Below, piece after piece: positions 35,269 to 45,489 of a stretch of 64,000 nt of DNA; the first letter of the stretch is position 1, and each line of letters opens with the position of its first letter. The position numbers and the translations under genes were made by a program. Location of the stretch: NCBI GenBank assembly GCA_001774395.1, contig MEZX01000001.1:27643-91642 (forward strand). Reading direction: 5' to 3'. The notes beneath the pieces are model-generated. The model was not told where the DNA came from. It worked only from the letters and a program-made list of their open reading frames with translations, and searched no databases. The stretch comes from Candidatus Berkelbacteria bacterium RIFCSPLOWO2_01_FULL_50_28. GTDB lineage: Bacteria > Patescibacteriota > UBA1384 > 2-12-FULL-50-11.

Positions 35269-36813
35269 GTGCAACAGACGACGACTAAATTATCTGCGTT
35301 TTGGTGGCGGTTTTTTGAAATACTCCCAGGCGCTTTGACGTGGATTGCGTTACTAGGGACCATTTTCCTAAGCTTCAGTCATCCGGTGTTAGTGGCGATC
35401 TTTGTCATATGTTTTGATCTAAACTGGCTGTTTCGATCGTTGAGGATGATGAAAAATACCTTCCTAACTTACCTTTACATTAAGAGAGATCAAAGAATAG
35501 ACTGGAAAGAGAGGCTAGATTCTTTAAGCAAAAATCAGCAAATAAATAGCAGATTGGTTGTTGAGAGTATAAAACCAGACGAGCTTTACCACGCAATAAT
35601 ATTGGTCCATTACAAAGAGCCGCTTGAACTGTTAATTGGTTCGATTGAGAGTTACGCTCGGAGCCGTACCAACAAAGAACGTTTGTGGTTAATATTAGGT
35701 TCAGAAGAACGGGCGGGGAACGACATCCATCGAATTTTCGAGGCCATACAAAAACGTTTCGGCAATGAATTCGGCCATATCATGCAAACGATCCACCCAG
35801 CTAACATCCCGGGCGAGATCAAGTGCAAGTCTGCCAACGGCACTTGGGCGGCAAAAGAATTTAAAAAAGTACTTGATAGTCGCCAGATCGAGTACGACAA
35901 AGTGATTGTTCACAACTTCGATGCCGACACCATGGTTTACTCGAACTACTTTGACTATGTTGCGTATAAATATCTTACATCCCCACTTGGCCAGCCGACC
36001 TCCTTCCAACCTGTGCATGTTTACGCCAACAATATCTGGGACGTACCAGCATTGATGCGTCTTATCGCTCAAAGCTCTACACTAATTTTTATGCACAATA
36101 TGTTGCGGCAAAGCCGCTTCCATCATTTTTCTTCACGGAGTGACGTGTTTCAAACCATAGTCGACATTAACTACTGGACAGTAAATGCTATCCCCGAGGA
36201 CTCAAGACAGTATTACGATTCGTACTTTCACTATCACGGGAAATTGGTTATTGAACCAATCTATATCCCTTTACGTATGGATGCGGTTTATGCTGACGGC
36301 TACTGGCCGACAGTGCAGAATCAGTACTTCCAGTTACGTCGTTGGGCATGGGGAATTTCCGATCTACCGTATGTTGTTGACTTGGCAGTAAAAGACCAGG
36401 CCCTTAATTGGTGGAACAAACTCGTTAAAATTCTTCAGCTAATTGAAAGCCATTTCTCCTGGGCAACATCAGCCATCTTTATCGCCATCCTTGGCTGGAT
36501 GCCGCGATTATTTAGCGTCGACTTTTCCAACACCGTCTTGGGTTATAACTTCCCGATTGTTACAAGAACCATCCTGGGCTTGGCATTAGTTGGATTAATC
36601 AGCGGGATAGTTATCAGTTTCCTTCTGTTGCCACCCCGACCGCAACACCGCGGAAAGTGGTATTACCTCAATTTTGTCTGGCAATGGATTCTGGCGCCAA
36701 TTGCCAGTATCTTCATCAGTTCGTTTGCCGCCATCGATGCCCAAACGCGGCTGATGATTGGCAAACGGCTCGACTATCAAGTTACCGAAAAAGCGGTTAC
36801 CAGAGACCGCTAG
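35269..36813 (+). CDS. GT2 processive membrane glycosyltransferase
   Basis: DAD, PED and QLRRW motifs; multiple TM helices. Confidence 0.9.
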   Translation: MQQTTTKLSAFWWRFFEILPGALTWIALLGTIFLSFSHPVLVAIFVICFDLNWLFRSLRMMKNTFLTYLYIKRDQRIDWKERLDSLSKNQQINSRLVVESIKPDELYHAIILVHYKEPLELLIGSIESYARSRTNKERLWLILGSEERAGNDIHRIFEAIQKRFGNEFGHIMQTIHPANIPGEIKCKSANGTWAAKEFKKVLDSRQIEYDKVIVHNFDADTMVYSNYFDYVAYKYLTSPLGQPTSFQPVHVYANNIWDVPALMRLIAQSSTLIFMHNMLRQSRFHHFSSRSDVFQTIVDINYWTVNAIPEDSRQYYDSYFHYHGKLVIEPIYIPLRMDAVYADGYWPTVQNQYFQLRRWAWGISDLPYVVDLAVKDQALNWWNKLVKILQLIESHFSWATSAIFIAILGWMPRLFSVDFSNTVLGYNFPIVTRTILGLALVGLISGIVISFLLLPPRPQHRGKWYYLNFVWQWILAPIASIFISSFAAIDAQTRLMIGKRLDYQVTEKAVTRDR

Positions 36814-37116
36814 CTATCTGCCGCCCAAAAGAGTCACTAGTATCAGATAGGTAATCATCACAATCTCTAAACTCGCCATCAGTAAGAGGGCGATAGTCCT
36901 TATCTTGCCCTCCCGACGAGGAGTTGCAAAGAAGAGTAGAAAATCAACCGCGAATAACGAATAGAAATACCCGCCAACCCGGCTGTCAACGTTGGGCAGC
37001 GAGCGTGAGACAAAGAAAATGATTAGGGCGATTACTAGCGCTACCAACAACCCAAAGTTGCTTCTGTCGCGCCAAACGATCTTCAGAAAATCAAGTGATA
37101 TTTTTAGCCTAGACAT
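36814..37116 (-). CDS. Small membrane protein
   Basis: Three hydrophobic segments; operon-coupled. Confidence 0.6.
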   Translation of the reverse strand: MSRLKISLDFLKIVWRDRSNFGLLVALVIALIIFFVSRSLPNVDSRVGGYFYSLFAVDFLLFFATPRREGKIRTIALLLMASLEIVMITYLILVTLLGGR

Positions 37117-38008
37117 TCAGTGAGGCCAGGATACTCTCTTGGGAAAATTTAGCAAGACCCACTGTTCCTTTAGCGCTGTAATAAAGGTGAAAGCTACCGC
37201 GTTGCAGCAGCAGACTGCTCCAACTTACCGCCGAGTTCGGAGATGTTGGCAGCCGCCAAAGCGGTTCAGTCGAACGCTTCAGAACGACTAGCGGGTTTTC
37301 TTTCGCCAGTAAGGCCGCTTCCAAATAGAGTTCGTTTTTCTCACTTCGGCCGTAGAGCAGTAGCCAGCCATTCTCGACAAGTATTGGCGGCGGGCCGAGC
37401 GAAAGAATGCCGCCTGTGGTCTTTCCTTCAGTGGAAAGCAGCTGCAAACTCCCCTCGAACTCGTCCCACTGTTTGGCGTTACTCAACATAAGGTTGCCAG
37501 AGAGCGCCTGCAGTAGCCACAGACGGCTGCTGATCCGCGCTGGAAACGAGACAGCAGCGTCGCAGCCCAAATTCGGCATTATCGGGCCGGTAAGCCTGAA
37601 ATGACGCAAGTCTTTCGTTGAGAGGGTAAAAATACTTTGCTTCCACGGCACCGCTTGTTCCGTGTCTTTGAGATTGATCGTGCCAATTGGCAGTACCGTT
37701 CGGCCGATAGCACAGATTATTGTTTCTTTACCAGAAGTGAGTATCGCCCGCGGTTGAATAAGGCCAAGGCGAGCATCTGGCACGTCGTCAGGAGTTTCGT
37801 AGATTGGAGAGTCCAGCCGTTTGAACAGCTCGCCGTCGTCACTCACGGCCAAGCCAAGTCGACTGATGCCGTCTTCGCCCAGAGCGGCGTAGAGAAGCTG
37901 GTATTTTCCGGCAAACTCAACCACGGCAGGGCTAGACAGCCCACCTCGTTCCCACCAAATATCCTGAGGCTCGAGAACGGTTGAGTGGATAACTTCCATC
38001 ATCACCAA
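37109..38008 (-). CDS. GH130-like beta-propeller, degenerate
   Basis: SRLGLAVS.DG..F, FP.RI, GPPPI..E.GWLLLY and NP..VL.R...P motifs. Confidence 0.7.
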   Translation of the reverse strand: MVMMEVIHSTVLEPQDIWWERGGLSSPAVVEFAGKYQLLYAALGEDGISRLGLAVSDDGELFKRLDSPIYETPDDVPDARLGLIQPRAILTSGKETIICAIGRTVLPIGTINLKDTEQAVPWKQSIFTLSTKDLRHFRLTGPIMPNLGCDAAVSFPARISSRLWLLQALSGNLMLSNAKQWDEFEGSLQLLSTEGKTTGGILSLGPPPILVENGWLLLYGRSEKNELYLEAALLAKENPLVVLKRSTEPLWRLPTSPNSAVSWSSLLLQRGSFHLYYSAKGTVGLAKFSQESILASLNV

Positions 38009-38038
38009 ATTGGCAGTAAAGACCCCTCAAGTAAAGCT

Positions 38039-40147
38039 CTAAGGGGTAGCGGCTTTGAAACGACGTCCGCGCATCGCCAGTGTACCAGCAGCTAGACTAA
38101 GCAGGCCGAGGACGTTAACGCTCTCATTTTGCAGCGGCGAAGCGCCGGAGTTGCTAGTTGCCCCAGATACTTGAACCTGAGGCGCCCAAGGCAACTGAGT
38201 TGGTAAGGTGACGGAAGAAACTCTGACCGGAATCGAGCGCGAATTGGTCGAAGATGCGATTGGGCTGATGGTGGCGGTTGGGCTGCTTGCAACTGGCGCT
38301 ACCACAGGAGCTGGCGCTATCGGCCTTGAGATTAGCTTGAACTTTGAGCCCAGCGCCCAAGCCTCAACCTGACCAGCGGAAGCGTTCCAATCAACAACGA
38401 CCGGCACGCTTACCTGGTCCTTGGCAACAAAGCTCTCTTTGGCAAGCAAGAAATGCAGCTTGAGTAACGTTCCAGTTGCCTCAAGCGAGACGTAATCCTT
38501 ACTGACCGCGCTGACCAGGCCGCGTAAATCCACCGCCCGGCCCATGAGCGAGGCAAAACTGCTAACAGGGAATTCACTTCGCATGAATTGTTGTGTACCG
38601 CCCAACACCAGATCGTCGAGTGCATCCAGCGTGATGCGTTGCACCTGGCTTTCGCTTTTCTCTCCGGTGATAGTCGCAAAGCGATTAATCGACTCCGGCA
38701 GGCTGCCGTGAGTCGAACTGAGATAAACTTGGATTCCGGCCTGATCATCTTGCAAATAAACTACGTCGTCCGAAACGACTCCAGGACCAACAGCTAGTAC
38801 CCCGCTAGTTTCAAGTAGTGTGCCAGCGGGCAAGGCTCTTGCTTCTTTTAAGGAAACGCTAAGTGTCGGCTCAACGGGAAGTGTAGTTCGACTCCAGGAG
38901 ATAAAGTCGCTACTTTTATACAGGTTCACATTTCCCTGACCTGAATTTGTTACCACTGAAACTAGCCCCAGATTTGGACGGAAAAAAGTCGCCCTTATCG
39001 GAGAAGTTGTCGATGACCACGGATTAACTTTTTGGGCGACGGTCGAGCCAAACGGCAAGACGTGGCTAAGACCACCGGTGTTACCAGCAGTTTGCCAGAA
39101 GAAGAATCCCGAAGGTAGTGCTTGAACCTGGTTATAAACGCCCGTTGTCGTGAAAGTCTGCCAGAAGCCAACGAGTAAAGAAATCTTGTTACTTGTGCCA
39201 AAGATCACCGCGTGGCCGTAGTGAGGATCGTAAATTGCGTTACTAGCCTCGGTTACTCTTTCTAGCGTTTGACTGCCAACGTATGTTAGCTCGTACCAGC
39301 CTCCCGTAAAACGAAGTAGTACTCTATCAGAAATCGCTTTTACTTCGCTTAGGGTCGCCGGGTTAGGGTCAGTTAGTTCAACAGAATAAAGCAAGCCGTC
39401 TTTCCAAACATAAAGATCTTCCGGATTTCCGCGCCCGGACGCGGCCAGAATACTTGAGGTGACTGACGGCTGTTGAATCTTTGGCAGGCTAAACACAGCC
39501 CAGCTGTTGGCACCTGGCACGAAAACTTCCCCCGAGTTGCACCACATAAACGGAAAAGGATTCGGATACAGCGCGAACTCACCGCAGAGAATTGAGCTAT
39601 TGGGAATCCAGCCGCTCGGAGTGAGCTTGTACATTATGACGTTCGGGGCAGTTTCAAGCGCGTACCAGATACTTCCTGATGCTAGAAACAAGTTCTCGCG
39701 GCTAAGGTTGCGATTTGTTGGTAGCCCTGTTTTGGCTGTAAAAACCCCGTTGGCGTTCAGGATAAATGTTTGGGAGACCGCACCTTTTTTGGTGAAAGCA
39801 AAGAATCTTCCACCAACCTCCGTGAGCGTCAAGCTGTCCGAATCACCTAGAGTTTCGTCAAGGCGCCAGTCCAAACTAGTTCGACTGCGCAACAATCGAT
39901 GAGTGCCCTCTTGCTCAAGTATAATAAAACGCTCGGCGGTAAAATACTCTACTTGTTTAATATGACCAGTATCGGGTAACACCGCCAGCTGCCATTTCTT
40001 TAACACTCCACGCTGTTTGTAGGCGTTTGTTTCGGTGGCAAAAAGCGTTCCGTTATTGGTTTCGAGAAAGAAATGCGCTTGAGCAGATGAAATAGGGAGA
40101 AATAAAGCAATAACAACGGCTACGAACTCAAAGCTTCTCTTTAACAT
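38039..40147 (-). CDS. Large secreted/surface protein with OB-fold-like C-terminal domains
   Basis: Signal peptide; EARALP.GT.....G...V.PG....VYLQD..AGIQVY; Pro/Ser linker; C-terminal TM plus basic tail. Confidence 0.6.
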   Translation of the reverse strand: MLKRSFEFVAVVIALFLPISSAQAHFFLETNNGTLFATETNAYKQRGVLKKWQLAVLPDTGHIKQVEYFTAERFIILEQEGTHRLLRSRTSLDWRLDETLGDSDSLTLTEVGGRFFAFTKKGAVSQTFILNANGVFTAKTGLPTNRNLSRENLFLASGSIWYALETAPNVIMYKLTPSGWIPNSSILCGEFALYPNPFPFMWCNSGEVFVPGANSWAVFSLPKIQQPSVTSSILAASGRGNPEDLYVWKDGLLYSVELTDPNPATLSEVKAISDRVLLRFTGGWYELTYVGSQTLERVTEASNAIYDPHYGHAVIFGTSNKISLLVGFWQTFTTTGVYNQVQALPSGFFFWQTAGNTGGLSHVLPFGSTVAQKVNPWSSTTSPIRATFFRPNLGLVSVVTNSGQGNVNLYKSSDFISWSRTTLPVEPTLSVSLKEARALPAGTLLETSGVLAVGPGVVSDDVVYLQDDQAGIQVYLSSTHGSLPESINRFATITGEKSESQVQRITLDALDDLVLGGTQQFMRSEFPVSSFASLMGRAVDLRGLVSAVSKDYVSLEATGTLLKLHFLLAKESFVAKDQVSVPVVVDWNASAGQVEAWALGSKFKLISRPIAPAPVVAPVASSPTATISPIASSTNSRSIPVRVSSVTLPTQLPWAPQVQVSGATSNSGASPLQNESVNVLGLLSLAAGTLAMRGRRFKAATP

Positions 40148-40724
40148 GGATACTCCGATGAAGCTCCAAGATTATCCGCGCTAAGCGGTTCGGGTCGGGT
40201 AGATCAGGAATAGTGAAATAGCCCTGCAAGCCGAACTTTGACTGCGTTTCACCGCTGCCCTCACCGGCTGTCTCCACTACCAAATGCCCGTAGTTAAAGT
40301 AATTTTGGATAAACCCCGAAACTTCAGCACTAACATTTTGTACTTGGCCTAAGCTCAGTTCGGAAACCTGTCGCGAAAGCAGTCCTTCTTGGGCAACGTT
40401 TAGGAGCCGTTCACTGGTGATGAAGATGATATCGTAATAGTAGTTAATCCAGGCGCCAAAGATAAAAGTCAGCAAGAAAAGATAGTAGCTCGCAACAAGT
40501 ACAATCAAGAAGAAAGTGAAGTTTGAGGGTGCATCGAAGACGTAGTGCGACAGGATTATTACTAACACTGGGAATATGGCCATCGCTAAACTGATCGCAA
40601 TTGTTCCCAAAAATCCCGCCCAGTGACGCCGAACCACGACCTTTATCTCCTCGTCGGTATGCAAATTTAGGTATAGAAACGCTGGGTCATTCACGTCAAC
40701 ATCAAACTGAACCAGGTGACTCAT
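40128..40724 (-). CDS. Bacterial PH-domain membrane protein
   Basis: VRRHW, IT.ERL...Q.GL...V.EL.L..VQNV and NYG.L.VETAG motifs. Confidence 0.8.
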   Translation of the reverse strand: MSHLVQFDVDVNDPAFLYLNLHTDEEIKVVVRRHWAGFLGTIAISLAMAIFPVLVIILSHYVFDAPSNFTFFLIVLVASYYLFLLTFIFGAWINYYYDIIFITSERLLNVAQEGLLSRQVSELSLGQVQNVSAEVSGFIQNYFNYGHLVVETAGEGSGETQSKFGLQGYFTIPDLPDPNRLARIILELHRSIHVKEKL

Positions 40725-40755
40725 CTCGCGAACGTTAGTGAATGCAACGGTACGT

Positions 40756-40956
40756 TCATTTGCCTAGAATTATCACTGAGCTAGCCACCAAGACCGTCAT
40801 CATCAGGGCGCTGTGAATTCCAAGAACTACAAGCGATGCGTCGCCCGGCAGGCGGAAACGAAATATCTGAAAAACATAAAGGAAATTAATTACCAAAATA
40901 ACCAACAGAAATAGGCTGTAACCAAGCAGTATCCCCCCTTCGAGCGTTAGAGACAT
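40756..40956 (-). CDS. Small membrane protein
   Basis: Two TM helices; in operon. Confidence 0.55.
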   Translation of the reverse strand: MSLTLEGGILLGYSLFLLVILVINFLYVFQIFRFRLPGDASLVVLGIHSALMMTVLVASSVIILGK

Positions 40957-40960
40957 AAGG

Positions 40961-42181
40961 TTATTTTCGCGTAATTATCATCGACCGAACTTGGTTAGCG
41001 GCGTAACTTCGCCCCGGCCCGAGCGGATCATGCATAATATATTTACCGCTGCTTCGACCGTATAAGACAATAAAGTGCGACGATCCATCGCCGTTAATTA
41101 CTCCCACGGCAGGGATATAGATGCTTACCATCACCGGAAATCCGCTATCAAGCTCGGAATTCACGGTTGCCCAGTTAATAGGTGATGTGGAAAAGGTTGA
41201 AAAACTGGTTGGCGACGGCGGCAGTTTCGTAAGATAACCACCGTAGTCGAAGTTACCTGGGTAGCGAGCGATCTGTGACGGCGTTACTCGTTTGCCGTTG
41301 AAGGTTGAGACCATCGCGATTGAAGTTATCAGACAGCCGTACTGCCCCACAGTGTACGGTGAATTTCCCAAGCGCGTACTGCTGTAAGCCGGATCGAGTT
41401 GGCTGAAGTACCAAGAGCCCTGCTGTACAGAAACAATATCACTCCCCCACGAAGCCTGAGCAATCAAGACGCTCATCTTGCGCTCGACTTCAGCAATATT
41501 TTGTTGAATTTCCTTACTTAGACCCTTGTAATAGGACGCGTTCGACTGGGCCACCGACAGCAGGTAGGTTTGCTGTGACTTTTTGTTTGAAAGCGCTAAG
41601 CGATCGGTTGATAGAGTCCGGCGCTGGGCTTCCAGGCCCTGGCGCTGAGTTTCGCGTTGGTCTTGCGATTCCTTAAGGCTTACCAGCTGTGCCTGGAGCT
41701 GTGTTTGAATAGACTGGAGATACTGCGCCTGAATCAGAGCGTCATTGATCGAGGAACTAAAGACTATGCCCGTTGGACTGGTTCGAGACATCTCATACAA
41801 ACTAACGTACGCTTCCGCCATTCTGTCTTGGCGTTTGATAATATCAGCTGAAAGCTGAGATAGAATTTTCTCCGCCAGCGCGATCTGACTTTCGGTGTTA
41901 GCAATTCGTCCTTCGGTATAGTAAATATCTCCTTGGATGTCCTGAACGACACCACGGAGGTTAGAGGCCTGATTAGAATTTTGCTTGTAGCTCGCGTCAG
42001 CCGCAAGCTGGCGTAGTTTCAGTTGCTGTTGGAGTTGAGTACACTCGGCTAACGAGCTGCAATTCTCAGCCTTTACTAGCTCTGGAAATTGACCAAAGGC
42101 CACGAGCATTACTAGAACTGCTCCAACTGTAGAAACTCTTTTTAGCCAATTAGAATTCATCTCGTGAACCAATCTTAACAT
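40961..42181 (-). CDS. Coiled-coil (PcsB/EnvC-like) + C39-like cysteine peptidase
   Basis: Long coiled coil; FSQ.D...LG.S...G.YGC.ITS.AMV...HFIVL...DP; downstream of ftsX. Confidence 0.8.
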   Translation of the reverse strand: MLRLVHEMNSNWLKRVSTVGAVLVMLVAFGQFPELVKAENCSSLAECTQLQQQLKLRQLAADASYKQNSNQASNLRGVVQDIQGDIYYTEGRIANTESQIALAEKILSQLSADIIKRQDRMAEAYVSLYEMSRTSPTGIVFSSSINDALIQAQYLQSIQTQLQAQLVSLKESQDQRETQRQGLEAQRRTLSTDRLALSNKKSQQTYLLSVAQSNASYYKGLSKEIQQNIAEVERKMSVLIAQASWGSDIVSVQQGSWYFSQLDPAYSSTRLGNSPYTVGQYGCLITSIAMVSTFNGKRVTPSQIARYPGNFDYGGYLTKLPPSPTSFSTFSTSPINWATVNSELDSGFPVMVSIYIPAVGVINGDGSSHFIVLYGRSSGKYIMHDPLGPGRSYAANQVRSMIITRK

Positions 42182-42218
42182 AACAACTCAACAACGCACG
42201 TAAACATCCTCCAATTTC

Positions 42219-43151
42219 CTACGCCCGCAGATACCGACGGATTGAAACGAGACTAACGATCACCCCCAAACCCAAGCCCAAACCAAGTTGAGTGGCCAGC
42301 AAAATTGGCAGGTGGTTAAGAACGTAACCTTTTATATCAACCCCCAGGACCGTGAAAGCTTGTCCGATCTCTCCCCCAACGCCCAACGCAGATATCGCCA
42401 TTACCAAAGCCGGTAACGCTAGTAGCGTTAGTACTGTCCCAAGCAAACCGTACGCAATACCCTCTACAACAAACGGCCCCCGGATAAAAGCGTTCGAGGC
42501 GCCAACAAAACGCATAATCTCGATCTCGTCGGAGCGTGCGGCAACAGTTAGACGAACGATGTTTGAAACATTGAATATAGCGATAATGCCAAAGAACAAA
42601 CTCAGCATCCAGCCAATCTGCTGCAGAGCCCGAGTACCTCGAATCAACTGGTCAACTATCTCCTTGTTTTGCTTGTATGAAATACAATCGCTACAAATTA
42701 GCTTTCCTTTATCGATCGCGCCAATCTGCAGCGCTAGGTTCGGGAGGTTATCGACATCGCTCGAACCGACCTCCAAACTGCGGGGCAGGTAATTATTTTC
42801 GGTCCCGATCTGTTTCTTGATGTTATCGTTAACGTTTGGCAGTCGGTGGAAGATTGCCAACGCCGCCGTTTTGTCCGTAAAGTTAACTGAAGCCACACCG
42901 TCCAGGGTTTTAATCTTCTCTCCGAGAGCGATAATTTTCTGGTCGGGAACTTTATCGATCCGAAAAAAGATTGTTAAGTTTATTTTTTCCCGAATAAGAG
43001 TTGCCGTATCTTTAATCACAAAAGTAACAAGCAACGAAACCGACACCATCGTCAGGGTTAGCGTCATCAGTAAAGTTGCCCCAAGCGTCAACCAATTGTT
43101 GCGCCAGAAGTTCTTTAACCCCAGTCTGATGATTCGACCAAATGTTTCCAT
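42219..43151 (-). CDS. ftsX: Cell division permease FtsX
   Basis: KNFWRN.WL and R.DEIEIMRFVGASNAFIRGPFVVEG motifs. Confidence 0.93.
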   Translation of the reverse strand: METFGRIIRLGLKNFWRNNWLTLGATLLMTLTLTMVSVSLLVTFVIKDTATLIREKINLTIFFRIDKVPDQKIIALGEKIKTLDGVASVNFTDKTAALAIFHRLPNVNDNIKKQIGTENNYLPRSLEVGSSDVDNLPNLALQIGAIDKGKLICSDCISYKQNKEIVDQLIRGTRALQQIGWMLSLFFGIIAIFNVSNIVRLTVAARSDEIEIMRFVGASNAFIRGPFVVEGIAYGLLGTVLTLLALPALVMAISALGVGGEIGQAFTVLGVDIKGYVLNHLPILLATQLGLGLGLGVIVSLVSIRRYLRA

Positions 43152-43252
43152 GGTCTACGACAGCTCCCAGCTTGCGGCTTGCGGCTTGCAGCTAAATCCA
43201 AAGAGCTGAATGCTGATAGCTGCTTGCTGATAGCCAAAAAGACTTTGATTTT

Positions 43253-44002
43253 TCATATGACGTATTTACCAGACTTCTGGTCGCTTATAATTTTGCCCGA
43301 TTTCATTAGGATTACTCGGCGTTGAATTTGGTCGACGGCCTGGCGATTATGCGTTGCCAAAATTACCGTCGTGCCTTTTTGGTTGATGCGATACAGAAGC
43401 TCCACAATCTCCCAAGTACTGACAGGATCGAGGTTTCCGGTTGGCTCGTCAGCTATTAGAAGTTTCGGTGAGTGAACAAGTGCCCGGGCAATGGCGGTTC
43501 GCTGTCGTTCTCCGCCCGAGAGTTCGGCCGGGTAGTTGGCGCGTCGACGAGTTAGATTAACTAAATCCAGTACTTTTTCTACGCGTCTCTTTATTTCCGT
43601 CGCCGATACACCGCAAACCTCCAGAGCAAACGCAACGTTCTCAAAGACGGTTTTTTGCGGTAAGAGTTTGAAGTCCTGGAACACGACACCTATTTTTCGG
43701 CGGTAGTACGGCACTTCCGAATCGCGCAGCTCGGCAAGCTCACGTCCAGCCACAAAGAGATGACCGGTACTAGGCGACTCTTGCTTCGTTAGTAACTTAA
43801 CCAGAGTAGTCTTGCCTGCCCCGCTCTGTCCGACCAAACAGACAAATTCCCCCTCGTAAATTACCAGCGTTACTTCCCCTACCGCCACGCGATTACCGTA
43901 CTTTTTAGTAAGCGATTTCATTTCGATTAGCGGCACCTTAACTTTGGATTCAACAGCAGGCCTTGTAAGCTTGGGTGAACCGACGGTCAAAATTTCCTGC
44001 AT
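43253..44002 (-). CDS. ftsE: Cell division ATP-binding protein FtsE
   Basis: GQSGAGKT, RRKIGVVFQDFKLL and [10 protein letters not shown] motifs; adjacent to ftsX. Confidence 0.93.
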   Translation of the reverse strand: MQEILTVGSPKLTRPAVESKVKVPLIEMKSLTKKYGNRVAVGEVTLVIYEGEFVCLVGQSGAGKTTLVKLLTKQESPSTGHLFVAGRELAELRDSEVPYYRRKIGVVFQDFKLLPQKTVFENVAFALEVCGVSATEIKRRVEKVLDLVNLTRRRANYPAELSGGERQRTAIARALVHSPKLLIADEPTGNLDPVSTWEIVELLYRINQKGTTVILATHNRQAVDQIQRRVILMKSGKIISDQKSGKYVI

Positions 44003-44046
44003 CTACCTGAGGATACCAGGCCTAGACGAAAGTAAAAAGGCTTATC

Positions 44047-45423
44047 CTACAAGAAAATCGAATAGATCGTCGCTAGGCCAACCACTGTCATGATTGCAGT
44101 CGTTAGCCAACCCAGAGCAGTAGAGAAGTGACCGTTGGTGTGCGAGCCCATCACAGAGCGGTTGCTTGCAATTTTGACAATTAGAAACAGGATTACTGGC
44201 GCTATCAGGCCGTTAGCAACAGCCGAATAGATCAGCGCCTTTATTGGGTCAAGCCCAACGAAATTCAGGAGAACACCAACTACCATTGAAAAAATGATTA
44301 CACCGTAAAAAGCATATGCTTCCTTCAGTTTCCACCGTAGTCCTTCTTTCCAACCGAACGCTTCAGATAGGGCGTACGAAGCGCTACCAGCTAGTATCGG
44401 AATCGCCAAGAGCCCCACCGCAAACATTCCGAGGGCAAACAGAAGATAAGCAGAGTTTCCCGCGAGCGGCCGCAGGGCTTCAGCAGCTTGAGCTGCAGTA
44501 CCGATATTTGTAATGCCATTTTTGAACAGCACCGCCGCACTAACAACAATAATGAAAAACATGACGGCGTTTGATAGGAACATCCCCGACCAGCTGTCAA
44601 TTCTCATTTCACGGATCTGTTTACGCGTGATGACTTCCTTGTCTAACGCCTCCTGGCTGCCATCTCGCTCGAGCGATTCTTCAACTTCTTGAGATGTTTG
44701 CCAGAAGAAAAGATACGGCGAAATTGTTGTACCGAAAACTCCACAGATTAAAATAACCTGTTCCCGGCTAAAATCAACAGACGGCAAGACGGCGCTCTTT
44801 AGAACCGAAAGCCAATTTATATCGCGGATAAAGAAAGCGGTAAGAACGTAGGAAAAAAGCAATAGCGTTAGATATTTTAGGTATCGGGAATAAATTCGGT
44901 AGTTGAAAAATATCTGCAATGTTAGGCAGAGAGCGGCGAAGAATATCACCAGCAAAGAATAATTTGCGCCCGGCCAGAGAAGTCTGGTTGACTCTGCTAA
45001 AGCCCCTAAATCGGCGCCGATGTTAAAGCTGTTGGCTGCAAAAAGTAATGTTGCACAAAGCAGAAGAACCCATTTCGGGAAAAGCGTACGAATATTTGCC
45101 GCCAAACCGCGCTTTGTGACCAAACCAATACGAGCGCACATCTCCTGAACAAGACCCATCAGCGGGAAAGTGAACGCCGCTAGCCATAAAAGTTGGAAGC
45201 CGTACTGGCTGCCGGTTTGTGAGTAAGTGGCTACACCGGAGTTGTCATCGTCAGCTCCACCAGTTACTAGCCCTGGTCCCAAAACCTGCCAGTATTTTTT
45301 TATCTGCTTGAACGGCTTTTGTGTTTTAAGGGTTTCGACGGCTGATACTGAGCCCTCGATGGTTTTCTCTACTGCAATTGCGGGTGCCTCAACGATCTCT
45401 TCAACAATTCCCTTTCTATCCAT
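44047..45423 (-). CDS. NRAMP-family divalent metal transporter
   Basis: GPGLVTGGADDD.SG.ATYSQ and GTTISPYLFFWQ motifs. Confidence 0.9.
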   Translation of the reverse strand: MDRKGIVEEIVEAPAIAVEKTIEGSVSAVETLKTQKPFKQIKKYWQVLGPGLVTGGADDDNSGVATYSQTGSQYGFQLLWLAAFTFPLMGLVQEMCARIGLVTKRGLAANIRTLFPKWVLLLCATLLFAANSFNIGADLGALAESTRLLWPGANYSLLVIFFAALCLTLQIFFNYRIYSRYLKYLTLLLFSYVLTAFFIRDINWLSVLKSAVLPSVDFSREQVILICGVFGTTISPYLFFWQTSQEVEESLERDGSQEALDKEVITRKQIREMRIDSWSGMFLSNAVMFFIIVVSAAVLFKNGITNIGTAAQAAEALRPLAGNSAYLLFALGMFAVGLLAIPILAGSASYALSEAFGWKEGLRWKLKEAYAFYGVIIFSMVVGVLLNFVGLDPIKALIYSAVANGLIAPVILFLIVKIASNRSVMGSHTNGHFSTALGWLTTAIMTVVGLATIYSIFL

Positions 45424-45489
45424 CGGTATAATGATGTCAGAAAAACTGCCGCATCAACAGCCAAACGGAAAAGGTTAGATTGTGGCGGC

